A stretch of DNA of 64,000 nucleotides from Octopus vulgaris (taxonomy: Eukaryota): the NCBI GenBank assembly GCA_951406725.2, contig OX597816.1, forward strand, positions 31,062,001 to 31,126,000. The letters are read 5' to 3'. The notes below the pieces were generated by a model that ran no database searches, had not been told where the DNA came from, and saw only the letters and a program-made list of their open reading frames with translations. The position numbers and the translations under genes are program-made. Position 1 is the stretch's first letter. Each line of letters opens with the position of its first letter. Below are positions 26,036 through 40,855 of the stretch, piece after piece.

Positions 26036-29000
26036 TTACGATGAGTAATGCCAAAAGCCAGCGGAAATTGTTCAAATATATTCTTTATGTCTAACAACCA
26101 GTTTCATCTTTGCACATGATAACATTAAGTGCTCGTACGTCTAACAACCATGTCGACGTTCATTCTAGTAACACTACTTATTTCCAATTATTAATCCTCG
26201 CTGACAGTATCTATTTCAGTCAGAAATTGGCTGTAAAATTTCACCATTCTGGTTGTAATTGATTCACCATCCTGAGACGTCCCTGAACCTACATTTGATC
26301 AAAGGCTTTCAAGTTTGATCATGTCACTTTTTTTATTACTTTCAATAATGATATATCTACGAATATGTGCTACGTTTCCTATTTGAAAGGTTTGCTTGAT
26401 GGGAAATTCGGCTCCTCTATTTGACATATCGAACGATCAAGTAGATGTTTCTGCGTTGACTTTATAGACTTCTGTTTGTTTCACGATTTGTTTCGAATAT
26501 GTCATTAAATATATACAATAAAACTGGTTGACTATCATCATTTGGTAGTGTAAGTCATATTAAGATATGTTTCTTTTTTTGTTGCAGTAAAGTGTCGTTT
26601 AACGATGTTTAAGGTCTATCGGTTATTGTGCAACTTATCCTGGAACGTTTTAAATCTGTTCAAATAATTAAAGAAAATATTTTGACTTTTGCAGATGTTG
26701 CAAAATTCTGCAGCGGAGTTTTTTTTATTTACTTTGAATTAAATGCATGCTCTTATAGCATTTAATAGGTACTTTTTAGCTAGTGTATGAGAGACGGCTT
26801 AATGAACTCCGTCTTTGCTTTTCGAACCATCTATATTATATAGATAATGCAAAATTAGCGGTTTTAGTGTAAGCTGTGTGTTTCAATGGCTGTAGATAAT
26901 TTTATGAAATATACTGTTGTCGTTGCATCTCACGTTAACGATGCAAAATATTAGCACGTAAGAAAATATTAGCAACTCTTTAGCTAAAGCAACTGCGGCG
27001 GTATTTTAGGAGAATGAAGGTACACGATGTAACAAGATATATGAACAAATTGTACAGAAACGAGTTAGTATGACAGATTATAAGACTCATGTTCTGAAAA
27101 TAATATTTGAAATAATGAGAAATAATGGCGGCCAGTTTGTAGCAAATTTTTTCGAAATGTTTTTACAGAGCAACAACACAGTTGTTGAATTAAACAGAAT
27201 ATGCAGAATATTATTGTCATTTGCTCTTGGGTCAACCTTATCTGAGTAAACCCATGTCCAAAGACATCAAACAATCGTCTTTTTCCTACTTATACATTCA
27301 GTATCTTCTCCTGAGCACATTGCTCACTATGATCTTTTATAATTTTCTTTGAAAAGTATGTGACTACTCATTCTTGTAGGTAGACCTTGAAGGATCTCTG
27401 TTTGGCATGGGTTTAACGAAAAAAATTATCTCTTGGTGATGAAGAAGGTGGGACTATGTAAACGAAGTCAATAGTCATTATACTCTATATTAGGAATGAA
27501 GGTAAAATAAATTGAAGTTTATTTCTAGCTACATTCAGTGAGTGACTTACGATGATTAGGAAATAGATTTTCCAAAAGTGCAGACTCTAACCTTTAAAAA
27601 GAAAAAAAAAACCCTTTAACAAGGAGAAGAGAGTGGGATTAGTGTCGCAAAACGAAATGGCTGGCTAATGAAAATGGCATCAAGTGAGCAAATGTTTAAG
27701 ATGCCAACACTTTGTATACGCAAACACTTCGAAGAAATAAACGAAAGTCATTAAATAAAATGGATTACTTCAGGCATTTAATTAAATTCAGAGATATATC
27801 ACGATAATCAGTGATTTGAATTAAAACGTCGTAAACGAATCATTTTAATACCACAACATTTTTACCTGTATCTACTTCTGTATATATACATGAACAAATG
27901 CATCCATGTATGTATGTGTGCTTAGTTGCTTCTGTTTATGTTTGTGCAATGCGCATGACTGTTTGGAGTGTTATGTTACCGTGTATACTATAAATGTCTC
28001 ATTTATTTCAAATTAATTTCATTTCACTTAATTTTTCTCTTCTCTCATTACAAAAAATTATATCAAAAGTGCCAAGCTCTGTCACTTTCCAATTAAAATT
28101 TTCGCTATTTTCTTACCTTTAAGACATTTTCTCGTAACTCTGTCATATAATGAAGTTGTTCCATTTTAAATATGCCGGCATGAAGTAGTATTATATCTTG
28201 CTTTGTAACACGCACACTGATTTAATTTCAATACTTCTAAATATATTATCGCTTACACCTAAACGTTCTTTCGAATTGAATATCACAATATTTTCACTAA
28301 TTCACACCATTACCTTGACGTGGGAGCAGTTTGCTGAAAGTGTGACGATCCAAATTCACTTATTGCAAGTATGTCAAGTAAATACCATCATTCCTTAAGA
28401 TATAAAAAGTCATACTCTGAGACAACCTCTATGTAATTACTGAAAACGCTGGAATTAACTGACGAATGTACCATGAACCTGAGACTTAACATATTAAAAT
28501 ATGGGTCACAGTGGATGATACATTCTTTAATATTTTATAACAAAGAGGAAATTATAATTGTTCAAACGAGATATATCAAGGAATTACTGGATCAAAGGCT
28601 GACCGGGAAGAAGCAATAAAAACAACAGTTACAAAGGTAAAAATAGCAGGGACTTCTTTAGAACCAGTCAACTTGCTAGAAATTACGGCTCTCATGATCG
28701 CACGAGTGGTCATCTGCATGATTGCCTTAACAGCTCTATTTTACAAAATAAAAACAATAGATATTGCAGTCTGAGATAAACTATACCTTAACATAAGGCT
28801 ATTAAATGCTGTTCATAATTCTTCTCCAAAATGATCCACGAAGGGAAACTTCCAAGCGTGATATAGGTTAATCGATAGAATTTAAATATTGAAAATAACA
28901 TACGAGAGTTTAAGGAAGAAAAATGTAAATAATTAAAGTTTAATTAAACAAAACTGGAGTCAACCTAATGCTCGTAATTGCAACATGATCAGCTGATTAA

Positions 29001-29076
29001 TTACATTTGCTTTATGTTAGACCCGTATCTTTATGTTAGGCCGTAGATTAAAAGTAGTTTGAGGTAGTATAAAATA

Positions 29077-29575
<499 letters not shown>

Positions 29576-30274
29576 AGCAAATAGTAGTATTGAGCCAACA
29601 TACCGCACATCACGCTAACCCCAAAATCAAACTAGCATTTTTCTTGCTGAGCAAATTAAAGTACCCAAAGCCAAAATTATGATGTGCAAATTAGAATGCA
29701 TCCATTCAACAATGACAGAATAATGGCTAATCTAATCGAAACCATTAAAGAAAATTACTAGTCTTTTTTTAAGGGGTGAATATTCATTTTGATGTAAACG
29801 GTGTTTTATCAGTTTACATTTTAGAATAGACATTTCTCATTATAAGCCGTCAAAGACTGAAACGTTACCTTTTTAAGAAACATTACATATCTTTTTACGT
29901 GAAACGCTTTTTAAAATTAGTGTAAATGTATAGCTCTACTTTAAATAGAAACTGTCATCGAAAATTAATATTTAGCAATAATTCTCTGCATCTAGAGATT
30001 TCGGAAATTATGAATTCTTTAAAACACAATAGATAGTGTAACCTAAGCTGGGTGATATAACATTACGCGTGAGTACGTGTATGAGTGTCTTATAGAATAT
30101 AACTGTCAGATTTGAATAGTATAATACCCAAATATTTCAGAGTTAAAGACAAAATTAAAATTGAAATATTGAGATAAAATCTGTGTCGTTATTCAATGCA
30201 ACTTGAAAATCTGTATCAACTTTTAAAATAACTTTAATGATGAATTTAAATATAAAATATTGTATGGTTCAAGT

Positions 30275-30370
30275 GCTGTGAGCTGACAGACTCGTTAGCA
30301 CGACGGGAAAAATGGTTAGCGGCCTTTCATCCGTCTGAGTTCAATTTCCATCGAGCTTAACTTTGATAAT
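30275..30370 (+). mobile_element. SINE type B 5' fragment
   Basis: GAGCTGACAGACTCGTTAGCACG...TTAGCGG...CTGAGTTCAA matches the 48057 copy. Confidence 0.65.
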
Positions 30371-30834
30371 CAGCACGGAATTAAACGAAGTGAATTGATG
30401 GGAAGTCACCTAGTTAGGATGCTCTACCATTGATTTTATTGCTGTTATTTTGACATTGGCTATATAGACACTTTGTGAGACACAGTTGGATATATATCAA
30501 AGCTTTGTTTCCTGAGGGGTAAGAGCGGATATAGACGCTTTTTGTATTATCCTATTCTACTCTTTTGCTGGTAAATAGTTTAGCCGTGCTAAAAAAATTA
30601 ATCTAAAAAGTATGATGCAATATTTTCGAGGCAGACTGTAGGAAAAAGTAAATAGTCAATTCCATGTTCAACACGTGAAGACGAGTGGTTTTCTAAGTAG
30701 CTATACTCATTTCGAAAAGCAAACGTAACAATTTTAAATGGTACCTGAGTCGGAAAATTAGTGTAAAACCTCTGTAGGATATATCCAGCATGAAAATCAT
30801 TTTTGATCCCTCTTTAATAATGATGATGATAGTC

Positions 30835-30864
30835 ATACTACTAATACTACTACTGCTGCTGCTG

Positions 30865-30902
<38 letters not shown>

Positions 30903-30914
30903 GCTACTACTACC

Positions 30915-30954
<40 letters not shown>

Positions 30955-31049
30955 GTAGTATTACTGCTGCTGCTACTACTACTGTAATTATTGAAGTAGT
31001 AGTAGTAATGGCGGCAGCAGCAGCAGTAGTAGTAGTGGTAGTGGTAGTG

Positions 31050-31109
<60 letters not shown>

Positions 31110-31110
31110 A
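30835..31110. repeat. Compound trinucleotide microsatellite: (CTA/CTG/CCA)n followed by its complement (GTA/GCA/GTG)n
   Basis: Directly visible. Confidence 0.95.
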
Positions 31111-31114
31111 TAAC

Positions 31115-31245
31115 CTTTTCTACTACAGGCACAGGTCTAAAATTTGGGGGAGGTGGTAGTCGATTACGTCGACCCAGTGTTCAAATGTTACTTAATTTAT
31201 CAACCCCGAAAAGATGAAAGGCAAAGTCGTCCTCGATGGAAGTCA
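31115..31245 (-). mobile_element. SINE type B 3' fragment
   Basis: ACTTAATTTATCAACCCCGAAAAGATGAAAGGCAAAGTCG is the reverse complement of the type B core. Confidence 0.7.
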
Positions 31246-31294
31246 GAAACTAGCGAATAATAATAATAATGATGATGATGATGATGATGATTAT

Positions 31295-32225
31295 GTTGAG
31301 GATTTCATTTATGTACCACATGGGCGAATGATGTGGGTGAAAATACAAAGATAGACATAAAGTATCGAGTTTTACCTATAATGAAATATTACAAAGAAAA
31401 TCAGTATATACGGTATACCCTGAACAAAGAAGGGATACATGCATAGCATACAAAGTTTTAAAAAAAAGTGGTAAGGAGGGTGATAGAGATGTGGCCCTCC
31501 TGATACAGGAAGGCCTCTGGGGGATAATCGAGGAATCCCACTGTCCGAGATTTCCATGAAAATCCAGGAGCAAGTACACTCTCTTGAATTCCTTCTCTCC
31601 GACTTACACTTCTACACTTACAGAGGTACCATACACTCTTGTTATTCTCGCCACTTTCAATAATCTAACTGGATTATTTCAATAAACTAACCTTTCAATA
31701 AACTAACTGGAGGACAGCACTTTCTTCTCTACTCTCAATTGCGTTTTCGAAAGGAAACATGAAGAAGTCATTGTGAGGTCTACCAAAGAGGAATCTTTCA
31801 GCCTTGTCCACCAAACAACCGTTTTCACCACAGCCTCCAGTTAAAGGAAAATTGTCATACCTTCCTGAATGAAGGAGGGTGGTGGTGCGATCACCGCTAC
31901 AGTTTCGGTCGACAGACGGAAACTTCCTACACATGACAGCAGCTATTCGACGTAACCGCACAAGTCAGCATTGCTCGGATAGTGAACGAAGACGTGCAGC
32001 ACGGTTTCGTCACACTGCGCGTACCTCGGACAAGCCCGTCTGACTGCGAACCACTGTAGCACAGCCAGGCCAAGGACATCTAGCAATTAGCCATGATTGT
32101 TCCCGGGCAGAAAGTCCTCGGGGACAGACTAGCCAGTTCGTTCTCAACGGCGCCCAGAGTCTCCACGAATGTAGATTCCGCGACACATTTGACGATACAA
32201 TAGACCATCTCTTCACGGGTATATA
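31295..32225 (-). mobile_element. L1/Tx1-like LINE 3' fragment
   Basis: Minus-strand translation CPRYAQCDETVLHVFVH (degenerate CCHC knuckle) followed by ...KTVVWWTRLK..., the L1/Tx1 ORF2 C-terminal pattern. The 3' end abuts (ATC)n. Confidence 0.65.
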
Positions 32226-32249
32226 CATCGCAAAGATAGAGTAGGACAT

Positions 32250-32870
32250 TATTTACATAGAAAAACATATATGCACTACAAAATCCGCAATCCTGCCTAT
32301 TGGTATGAACATCATCCTGATTCAATCATTGAAGGTTAAAATATCACTATCCTCTGGTATTTTCCAGTTAATACTGACAGAACGATCTAGGTTAATCTAC
32401 CAGACACGAGTATTAAAGACACGGAAGAAAATTCTTCTACACTAAGTAATGTAAGTTTTCCCACTGATAAAAATTATCTGTCAAAGAATTTGTCTAATTA
32501 AATATAAATATCTGGAAATTAAGATACGAAAGTTGTGGCATCTCAAAACGAGAAGGTTTCTTGTTATTGTAGGTGTCCTAGGAATGGTGGAAGAGGGTTG
32601 ACAGAAACATCTAGACAAGGTCCCAGGAGAACCATATTTCAGAGAAATCCAAAAGAATGTGCTGATATATACTGACCATATCCTTCGAAAATCCCTATCC
32701 CTTTACATTCCTGTCTAGTATTTCATGAAGATATTTCACTACCTCCCCTCTCCAAGCTTTCAATCATACAGTAACATATCTTATCGTTCAATCACCCGAG
32801 GTTGCTGGGTGTGTCTCGGCGACTGGCTGTATGAAAGAAGCATAATAGAATGTAAGAAATATGCATAAAA
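32250..32870 (+). mobile_element. Degenerate RLE (Dong/R4-like) LINE 3' end
   Basis: Decayed TILW.F.V.TD...N.PD..IKD, KY..LEI...W and VIVG.LGM...HILRK.LS motifs. Homologous to 54925-55230. Confidence 0.75.
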
Positions 32871-32889
32871 GTAATGATAATGATAATAA

Positions 32890-33092
32890 TCCACTCTACA
32901 AAACATTCTGAAATGTTGGTGGAGGTGGATAATCAATTCCATCGGTCTCAGCGTTTCATTGGTATTTCATTTATCGACCCCAAAAGGATGTACTTCAAAT
33001 TCGACCTCGGCGGAATCTGATCTCAGAACGTAGCAGCAGACGAAATAACGCTAAGCATTTCGCCCAGAGGTTTAACAACTCTGCCAGCTTGC
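32890..33092 (-). mobile_element. SINE type B
   Basis: TTTATCGACCCC..AAGGATG...TCGACCTCGGCGGAAT...CGCTAAGCATTTCGCCC...CTGCCAGCT is the reverse complement of the type B head and core. Confidence 0.8.
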
Positions 33093-33098
33093 CCACTT

Positions 33099-33317
<219 letters not shown>

Positions 33318-33319
33318 AT

Positions 33320-33890
33320 GATGCCCTGAAGATGTACCAGGCGGAATCGGTCATGACAAGTGTCCTGATGCAGTACGTGGTAGGGCCGCTCATAGCTCCT
33401 GATCGTAACTGATTTTAAGTGTCACTATGTACATTGTTTTGTCTGGTATAAGAAATGGGCTACAGCAAATATTCTGCTCAGTACCACAGATTTGCTTGTC
33501 AGTTGTTTGGCTGTAAGCGTTTCAGCATTACCCTTAGTGGCTGACAATGCGTGCCCCGCTTGTCACGAGCAGAGTAGTGTGGAGCATCATAGCCATGTGC
33601 TGAGGGGAATTCTGTGTGGTTTGAATAATTCACATCTGGAAACATGGGTGTTTCGTTTCTCATCCTTAAAATAAATCTTATTCAAGGATCATGTGAGGAA
33701 TGGGCTATGTGACCTGAATGAAATTCTACCTGTGCCCCACTTACAAGGTCATTTCCTGTTAATCTTGATATGAGATCACTATCTCACACACACAATGTTT
33801 TGGATGCATGTGTTTGGTGTAACTTTATCACACGGGTTGTATATTTTACCCCAGTGACAGTTCGATGGCATGCAATGCTCTGTCACTCAA
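33320..33890. mobile_element. Unclassified non-coding repeat embedded in (TAA)n arrays (second copy 36840-37130)
   Basis: CTACAGCAAATATTCTGC...ACCACAGATTTGCTTGTCAGTTG...GAGCATCATAGCCATGTG...TTTGAATAATTCAC...GAAACATGGGTGTTTCGTT is shared by both copies. Confidence 0.75.
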
Positions 33891-34014
33891 TGATAATACT
33901 AAAAACTACTACTACTACTACTAATAATAATAATAATAACAATAATAATATTATTACAACTACTACTACTCTACTTATGATAATAATAATAATATTGATA
34001 ATAATAATAATATT

Positions 34015-34090
<76 letters not shown>

Positions 34091-34092
<2 letters not shown>

Positions 34093-34569
34093 GAAAACGA
34101 GAAAGTAACCATACTCTGGGATATGCCGATAGACACAGATAGAGAAATTAAGGCCAACAGACCAGATATAGTTGTCAGAGATCATGAAGAAAAAAATGCT
34201 TTCTAATTGATGTATCAATACCGGCAGATGACAACGTGTCTCTAAAAGAAATGGAGAAACTCTCAAAATACAAAGACCTGGAAATAGAGGTAACTAGAAT
34301 GTGGAACCTGAAAACAGAAACAATTCCTATCATAGTAGGTGCATTAGGCATGATAAAAAAATATTCAGACAAATACATAACAAAAACACCAGGACTTACA
34401 AACACATATAACATACAGAAAATTGCACTACTAGGCACTGCACACATCCTACGCAGAACACTTTCCATACAATAACCATCAGAGCATCACAACAAATCAC
34501 AGCACATACCCAAGGCACACAGAGCTGCGCTCGGTAGTGAAGTGAAAGCACGCTATAAAAATAAAACTA

Positions 34570-34572
<3 letters not shown>
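34091..34572 (+). mobile_element. 5'-truncated RLE LINE (Dong/R4-like) inserted in (TAA)n
   Basis: ILWDMPIDTDREIKANRPDIVV...LIDVSIP...KEMEKLSKYKDLEIE...W...PIIVGALG is a PD..D/E.K restriction-like endonuclease. (TAA)n lies on both sides. Confidence 0.9.
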
Positions 34573-34613
<41 letters not shown>

Positions 34614-34614
<1 letters not shown>

Positions 34615-35800
34615 TGGCCTAGACACCTACCTGAAAATCTCTGAGGACTGGATGTTAAAACATGTCTCAAAACATGAAAACCAGAAAGCATCATACTCAG
34701 TAACAAAACAGGCAAAGGAATATCTAAGTGAATTCCGAATACAACAAATTTCGGAATTAGAGATAGACATACAAGAAACAGGCACAGAAAAAGCTAAGCG
34801 CATGAAAACCCGTGCTAAATCTGCGGCCTTAGATATTCTGAATGATAAATGGCAAGAAAAACCTCTCTATGGCAAATACCCAAAGAGAGCGAATAATGCA
34901 GATGTTGACAAAGCCCTGACCCATCAATGGCTAAAGGCCTCTGGCTTAAAATCTGAAATAGAGGGGTTTATCATAGCAGCTCAAGATCAATGCCTACCGA
35001 CAAGAAACTGCCAGGCCAAAATATTAAAGATCAGCAGCAGTCCAACATGTCGTGTATGCCGACAACAAAATGAAACCATAGAACATATGGTCTCCAAGTG
35101 CAGTCTTCTAGCGCATACAGAGTATCTCAACAGGCACGATAGAGCTGCACAATATATTCAATGGGTAATCTGCAAAAAGCTGGATTTGCCCCATGAAAAA
35201 AACTAGTGGGAACACAAACCACCCCCAGTGCTTGAAAATGACCATATCTCACTCTTCTGGAACTTCACCATTCAAACTGACAGAAATATAGATGCAAGTA
35301 GGCCAGACATCATATTGAAAGACTTCAAACAAAGAACATGCCTCCTCATTGATATGACTGTCCCAATCGATATAAACGTATCTGTCAAGACCTACCAAAA
35401 ACTAAGCAAATATAAAGATCTTGAAATAGAAATCAGCAAAATGTGGAACCTGATGACTAAAACAATACCTGTTGTCATAGGTGCTCTGGAAATGATAGCA
35501 AAAGGAGCTAACTACGTAACTCAGATACCAGGAAACCCCAAAATGGCAGAAATTCAAAAGATAGTGCTCATATCCTACGCAAAATACTTTCTATGTAATC
35601 TCAAGGTTTAAAACAAACATTTTATTTTATTTTATTTTATTTTATTTTTTTAGACATCCACCAGTAGAACACAAAAAAAACAACCAAATATATGGCACAC
35701 TAGGCATAACAACAACGTGAACTTCCAACCTGTTGTCTCTTGAGGTCTCCGGGTGAGACTTTTAGCCAACTTGTACAAATATAAAGCAAAAGTCAAACAT
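34614..35800 (+). mobile_element. 5'-truncated RLE LINE (Dong/R4-like) with CCHC knuckle and endonuclease
   Basis: ORFs 34652-35206 and 35228-35611: IIAAQDQCL, CRVCRQQNETIEHMVSKC, RHDRAA, RPDIILKD, LIDMTVP, KLSKYKDLEIE. One in-frame stop. Flanked by (TAA)n. Confidence 0.92.
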
Positions 35801-35830
35801 ATAATAATAATAATAATAAATAAAAAAAAA

Positions 35831-36825
<995 letters not shown>

Positions 36826-36839
36826 ATAATAATTATAAT

Positions 36840-37130
36840 AAGTCACCATGTACATATTGGTATAAAACATGGACTACAGCAAATATTCTGCAGAATACCA
36901 CAGATTTGCTTGTCAGTTGTAGTTGTTTGACCTTAACCAGTTGAGCATGCCCCTTACTGGCTGACGATATGTGCATCTCTGATCACGAGCAGAAGTAGTG
37001 GGGGAGCATCATAGCCATGTGTTGAGAGGGATTATGTGGGGTTTGAATAATTCACCTCTAGAAACATGGGTGTTTCGTTCAACAACCTTAAACAACCCTT
37101 ATTCGGGGACCTTTTGAATGGGATGGGCCC
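36840..37130. mobile_element. Second copy of the 33320-33890 repeat
   Basis: Collinear homology; directly follows a (TAA)n/(TTA)n tract. Confidence 0.75.
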
Positions 37131-38477
37131 CACGATGTTAGAAGACAGTGTTTAAAAAATGCCTCATTTTATTGCAAATACATTTTATGCATCAGGCTGA
37201 CACATCACAAAATATTGTGCAATCGATTGTTTGAAATTTCTCATGAAGATGATAGTTTCCCCTTTTGAAACACGTTTCCCTTTTCGAAAAGCTGTCCTGT
37301 CAGTGCGTATTGTCTCCAATTGAATTATAAGTACCTATTAGAAAACAAAAAGACACTGTTCCTATGAATATCGTACCTTGTTATCAACATCTGTTACTTG
37401 ATATTTTCTAAATATTTGCAGTTGAATATCCGAAGAGTGTGAAGTTTGTACAGAGGAACACAACTGTAGATTATAGGCTGTTTCAGTTAGTAGCCAAAAA
37501 CATTAAAATTGCGCCTCCTATCATCAAAAGAAAGAGAACAACGCCAAATGGAAACCAAAATATTCTAAATGATGGATAGTCCAAACCCGGTCTTCTTTGA
37601 TCATATATATTTACTCGATAGGGTTTGATTAAGTTCTAATTCAATGATAATGAGTGGAAAATAACGTTCAGTATTTATGTAAAGATGTTTCTATATGTAT
37701 CCAAATAAATTGTGATAAACTTTCTGTTATTATTTGCTGTTTGCTGTATCGGAAGTTGTTTGTAGCTATGTGTGATTTTAATTCAAGCTCTTGTATGTAT
37801 AACACAGATTTGCATTCCATTTATTTAACTAATAGCATTTAGAATTATCCACTGTGAAATTCGATAGAAGAATTAATTTAATCGTAAGAGAAAAGATTTG
37901 TATATCAGTTTAATGTAATTTGAAAGAGAAGTGAACGATAACTTCAGTGACTTACTTTCACAATAAATCTTTTCATCGGTTTCTAATAATTCCCAATAGG
38001 ACCACAGCAGAAATGCAGATAAATTTACTTAGCGTTTCAGAAATGCATTGATTTACGGATTAAGCTGCAGAAGCACGGATTTAAGATATGTTACAGGCAT
38101 TATATCAGTCCAGGAAACAAATTATATAACTTTGCTCTAGTTTAATGGAAAAAAAGATACGGAACTTGAATGCATGTAAGTTTAAATTAAAAAGAATCAA
38201 TGTATAAGGAATAGAAGATCCGCATGAATATATGGAAAGATCAAAGAAACAACAGATTGCATTATTCTTATCTAAAATGCAGAAGCTATTTCTTAATGGG
38301 GATTAAACAAGTAGGTGTGAGATACGTGTAAAAGACTGAGAGTGTATTTATCGGATGTTGTGTTATGTGTTTATTCTATTAGCTTCGGAAGCATTACCAT
38401 ATTACATAATACCTCATCCTTCACATGCCTTGCATAAAAAGTAATTCTGTGTACATCCATCACTCCATCCCTCCATG

Positions 38478-38492
38478 CATCTATCTATATAT

Positions 38493-38568
<76 letters not shown>

Positions 38569-38631
38569 TTATCTCTATTTATCTATATATCTGTCTATCT
38601 ATCTATCTATCTCTATTTATCTATCTATCTG

Positions 38632-38680
<49 letters not shown>

Positions 38681-38681
38681 G

Positions 38682-38722
<41 letters not shown>

Positions 38723-38727
38723 GTATG

Positions 38728-38770
<43 letters not shown>

Positions 38771-38773
38771 CTC

Positions 38774-38807
<34 letters not shown>

Positions 38808-38835
38808 ATCTATCTATCTATATATATATATATAT
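38478..38835. repeat. (CTAT)n microsatellite
   Basis: Directly visible; source of the LSIY pseudo-ORFs. Confidence 0.95.
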
Positions 38836-39033
38836 CTGTTTGTCTATGCATTGTACGTATGTGTGTATGTGTATATATACTCATTTCATGACGCCTTGGA
38901 CACATTTGTGCATATATATATATGCGTATAGCGGTATGTACATATACGTATAAATATATGCACATATATACATATGTTGTTTATATTATTATATGAATGA
39001 AAGCCACGTATCCACGTAATAAAAAAAAAATAT

Positions 39034-39069
<36 letters not shown>

Positions 39070-40126
39070 GTGTGTGTCTCTGAGGGTGTTTTCATATAGG
39101 TTCCATTAAAAAAATTTGAAAAGTGTTGAATGAGACCGGCGTGAAGCACATCCCACGCAAAATACGATGAAATCTACTTTAGTTCTAAAAGTCAACAGAT
39201 CTGAATGAAAACTTCTCTCACTTATCTTCTTTCTAAAGTGAGCCAGTTGTTACACGTCATTATTGTTCTTAATTAGTATGATATTCAAAAACATATATTT
39301 CGAAGGGTAATAAATCTGTATGAATTGTTATGTGTTGTTCAGTTATCTGACGAATACATAACCATTCATTAAGTCCAATAGAGATCCATAGCTTCCCCAC
39401 ATACACACACTACACATTTATTGCCGCTTACAAAAATCCGCAGAATTATATGGGGAGCGATGAGATGCCTGTGTGTGTACATGCATTTCCCAACAGCATT
39501 AGTCGTGTAAATGAAATGAAATGGCTTCCAGCGACAGGTGGTTATAATGTATACATGAATATTTTAAATGCACTAATATCTACGCGTAGCATATATTGAC
39601 ATTGTGTATATACAGTAAAATGAAAATTGAATAAATTTTCACGAATAGATTATTTGTTTCTTTTAATGCATAATTCGGAAATGGAATGAAATAAAACTGC
39701 CTGGAAATTAATTTGAAAGTCTAATTAGATATTTTCTTTCGATCACAAAGAAAATGTAAAATAAATACCTCCAGACCCCACACTAAAAATCTTAAAAAAT
39801 CTATTTCCATATTTTGTTCTTACATAATTCTCAGAATTATACTGAAAAAATTTGAAAATCTATTAAGCCATCGTTTCACAATGCTTTTCACTGATCTCCA
39901 GAATAACTAATGTGTCACATCAGACAATTATAACGTAGTAAAAAATAAATTGAAATCTTGTAAAATAAAAAAAGCAAAAAAATATGTGTAATGCGTTTCC
40001 AACTTTTTCAAATTTGCTTTTTTTCCTATCTAAATTTGTTGTTCTTTGTGTTGTCACTACATGTTATATAAAAGCGTCCATTAACCATTCTTGACTGGAA
40101 TCTAATGGTTATTCTCTCTCTCTTTT

Positions 40127-40163
<37 letters not shown>

Positions 40164-40430
40164 TTCTCTTTCTCATATACTCATTTTCTCCCTTTCTCAC
40201 TTGTTTTTTTTATGGAATCCCATTTTATTTCCCATGATACTACTTCTTTTCAATCTTTTACTGCATTTTTCTGACGTTGCATGTTCCATAAAAAAAGCGT
40301 TGTATAATGACTCGGTTTCCGAACTCCTTTTTATTTACGAATAAAACTGAAATGCACCCACCGATATCTATACGTTTAGATTAAAAAACACAACAACTTG
40401 GGATGGTTCATTTTCTATTAATTATATGTA

Positions 40431-40478
<48 letters not shown>

Positions 40479-40708
40479 CGTATGTGCTTGTGTGCCTGTA
40501 ATTGAGATAACCACCACACAAACGTGTGTGTAAATATATTTCAATGATTTGTTTTCTTCACTTATAAAGAAGGAGATTTCCATATGATCAATTCAGAAAA
40601 AAAAGATTTGTTGAATCAATTAATTGCTGCGAACGGCCGAGGTATAGAGTGTATAATGTATAAATAAAAGGCAAGCATTAACGATATGTGGCAGAATAGA
40701 GAAATTAT

Positions 40709-40855
40709 ACGTGAGTGAACGATATATAAATGCCTATGCCAACACTACATTCTACCTACTCTCCGCCTTCACAAACAGAACTCTGCCAGGAGTTCCTGTC
40801 CCGAAGGTGGAGAAAATAGTGTTGGCATAGGTATTCATTTATCCTTCACTTACGT
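40709..40855. repeat. Long imperfect hairpin
   Basis: ATGCCTATGCCAACACTA / TAGTGTTGGCATAGGTAT, TCTCCGCCTTC / GAAGGTGGAGA, and inner ACAGAACTC / GAGTTCCTGT. Confidence 0.8.

Noticed and set aside
33325-33375. CTGAAGA and CTGATGC near the repeat end
   Set aside because: No stem II-GAAA arrangement.
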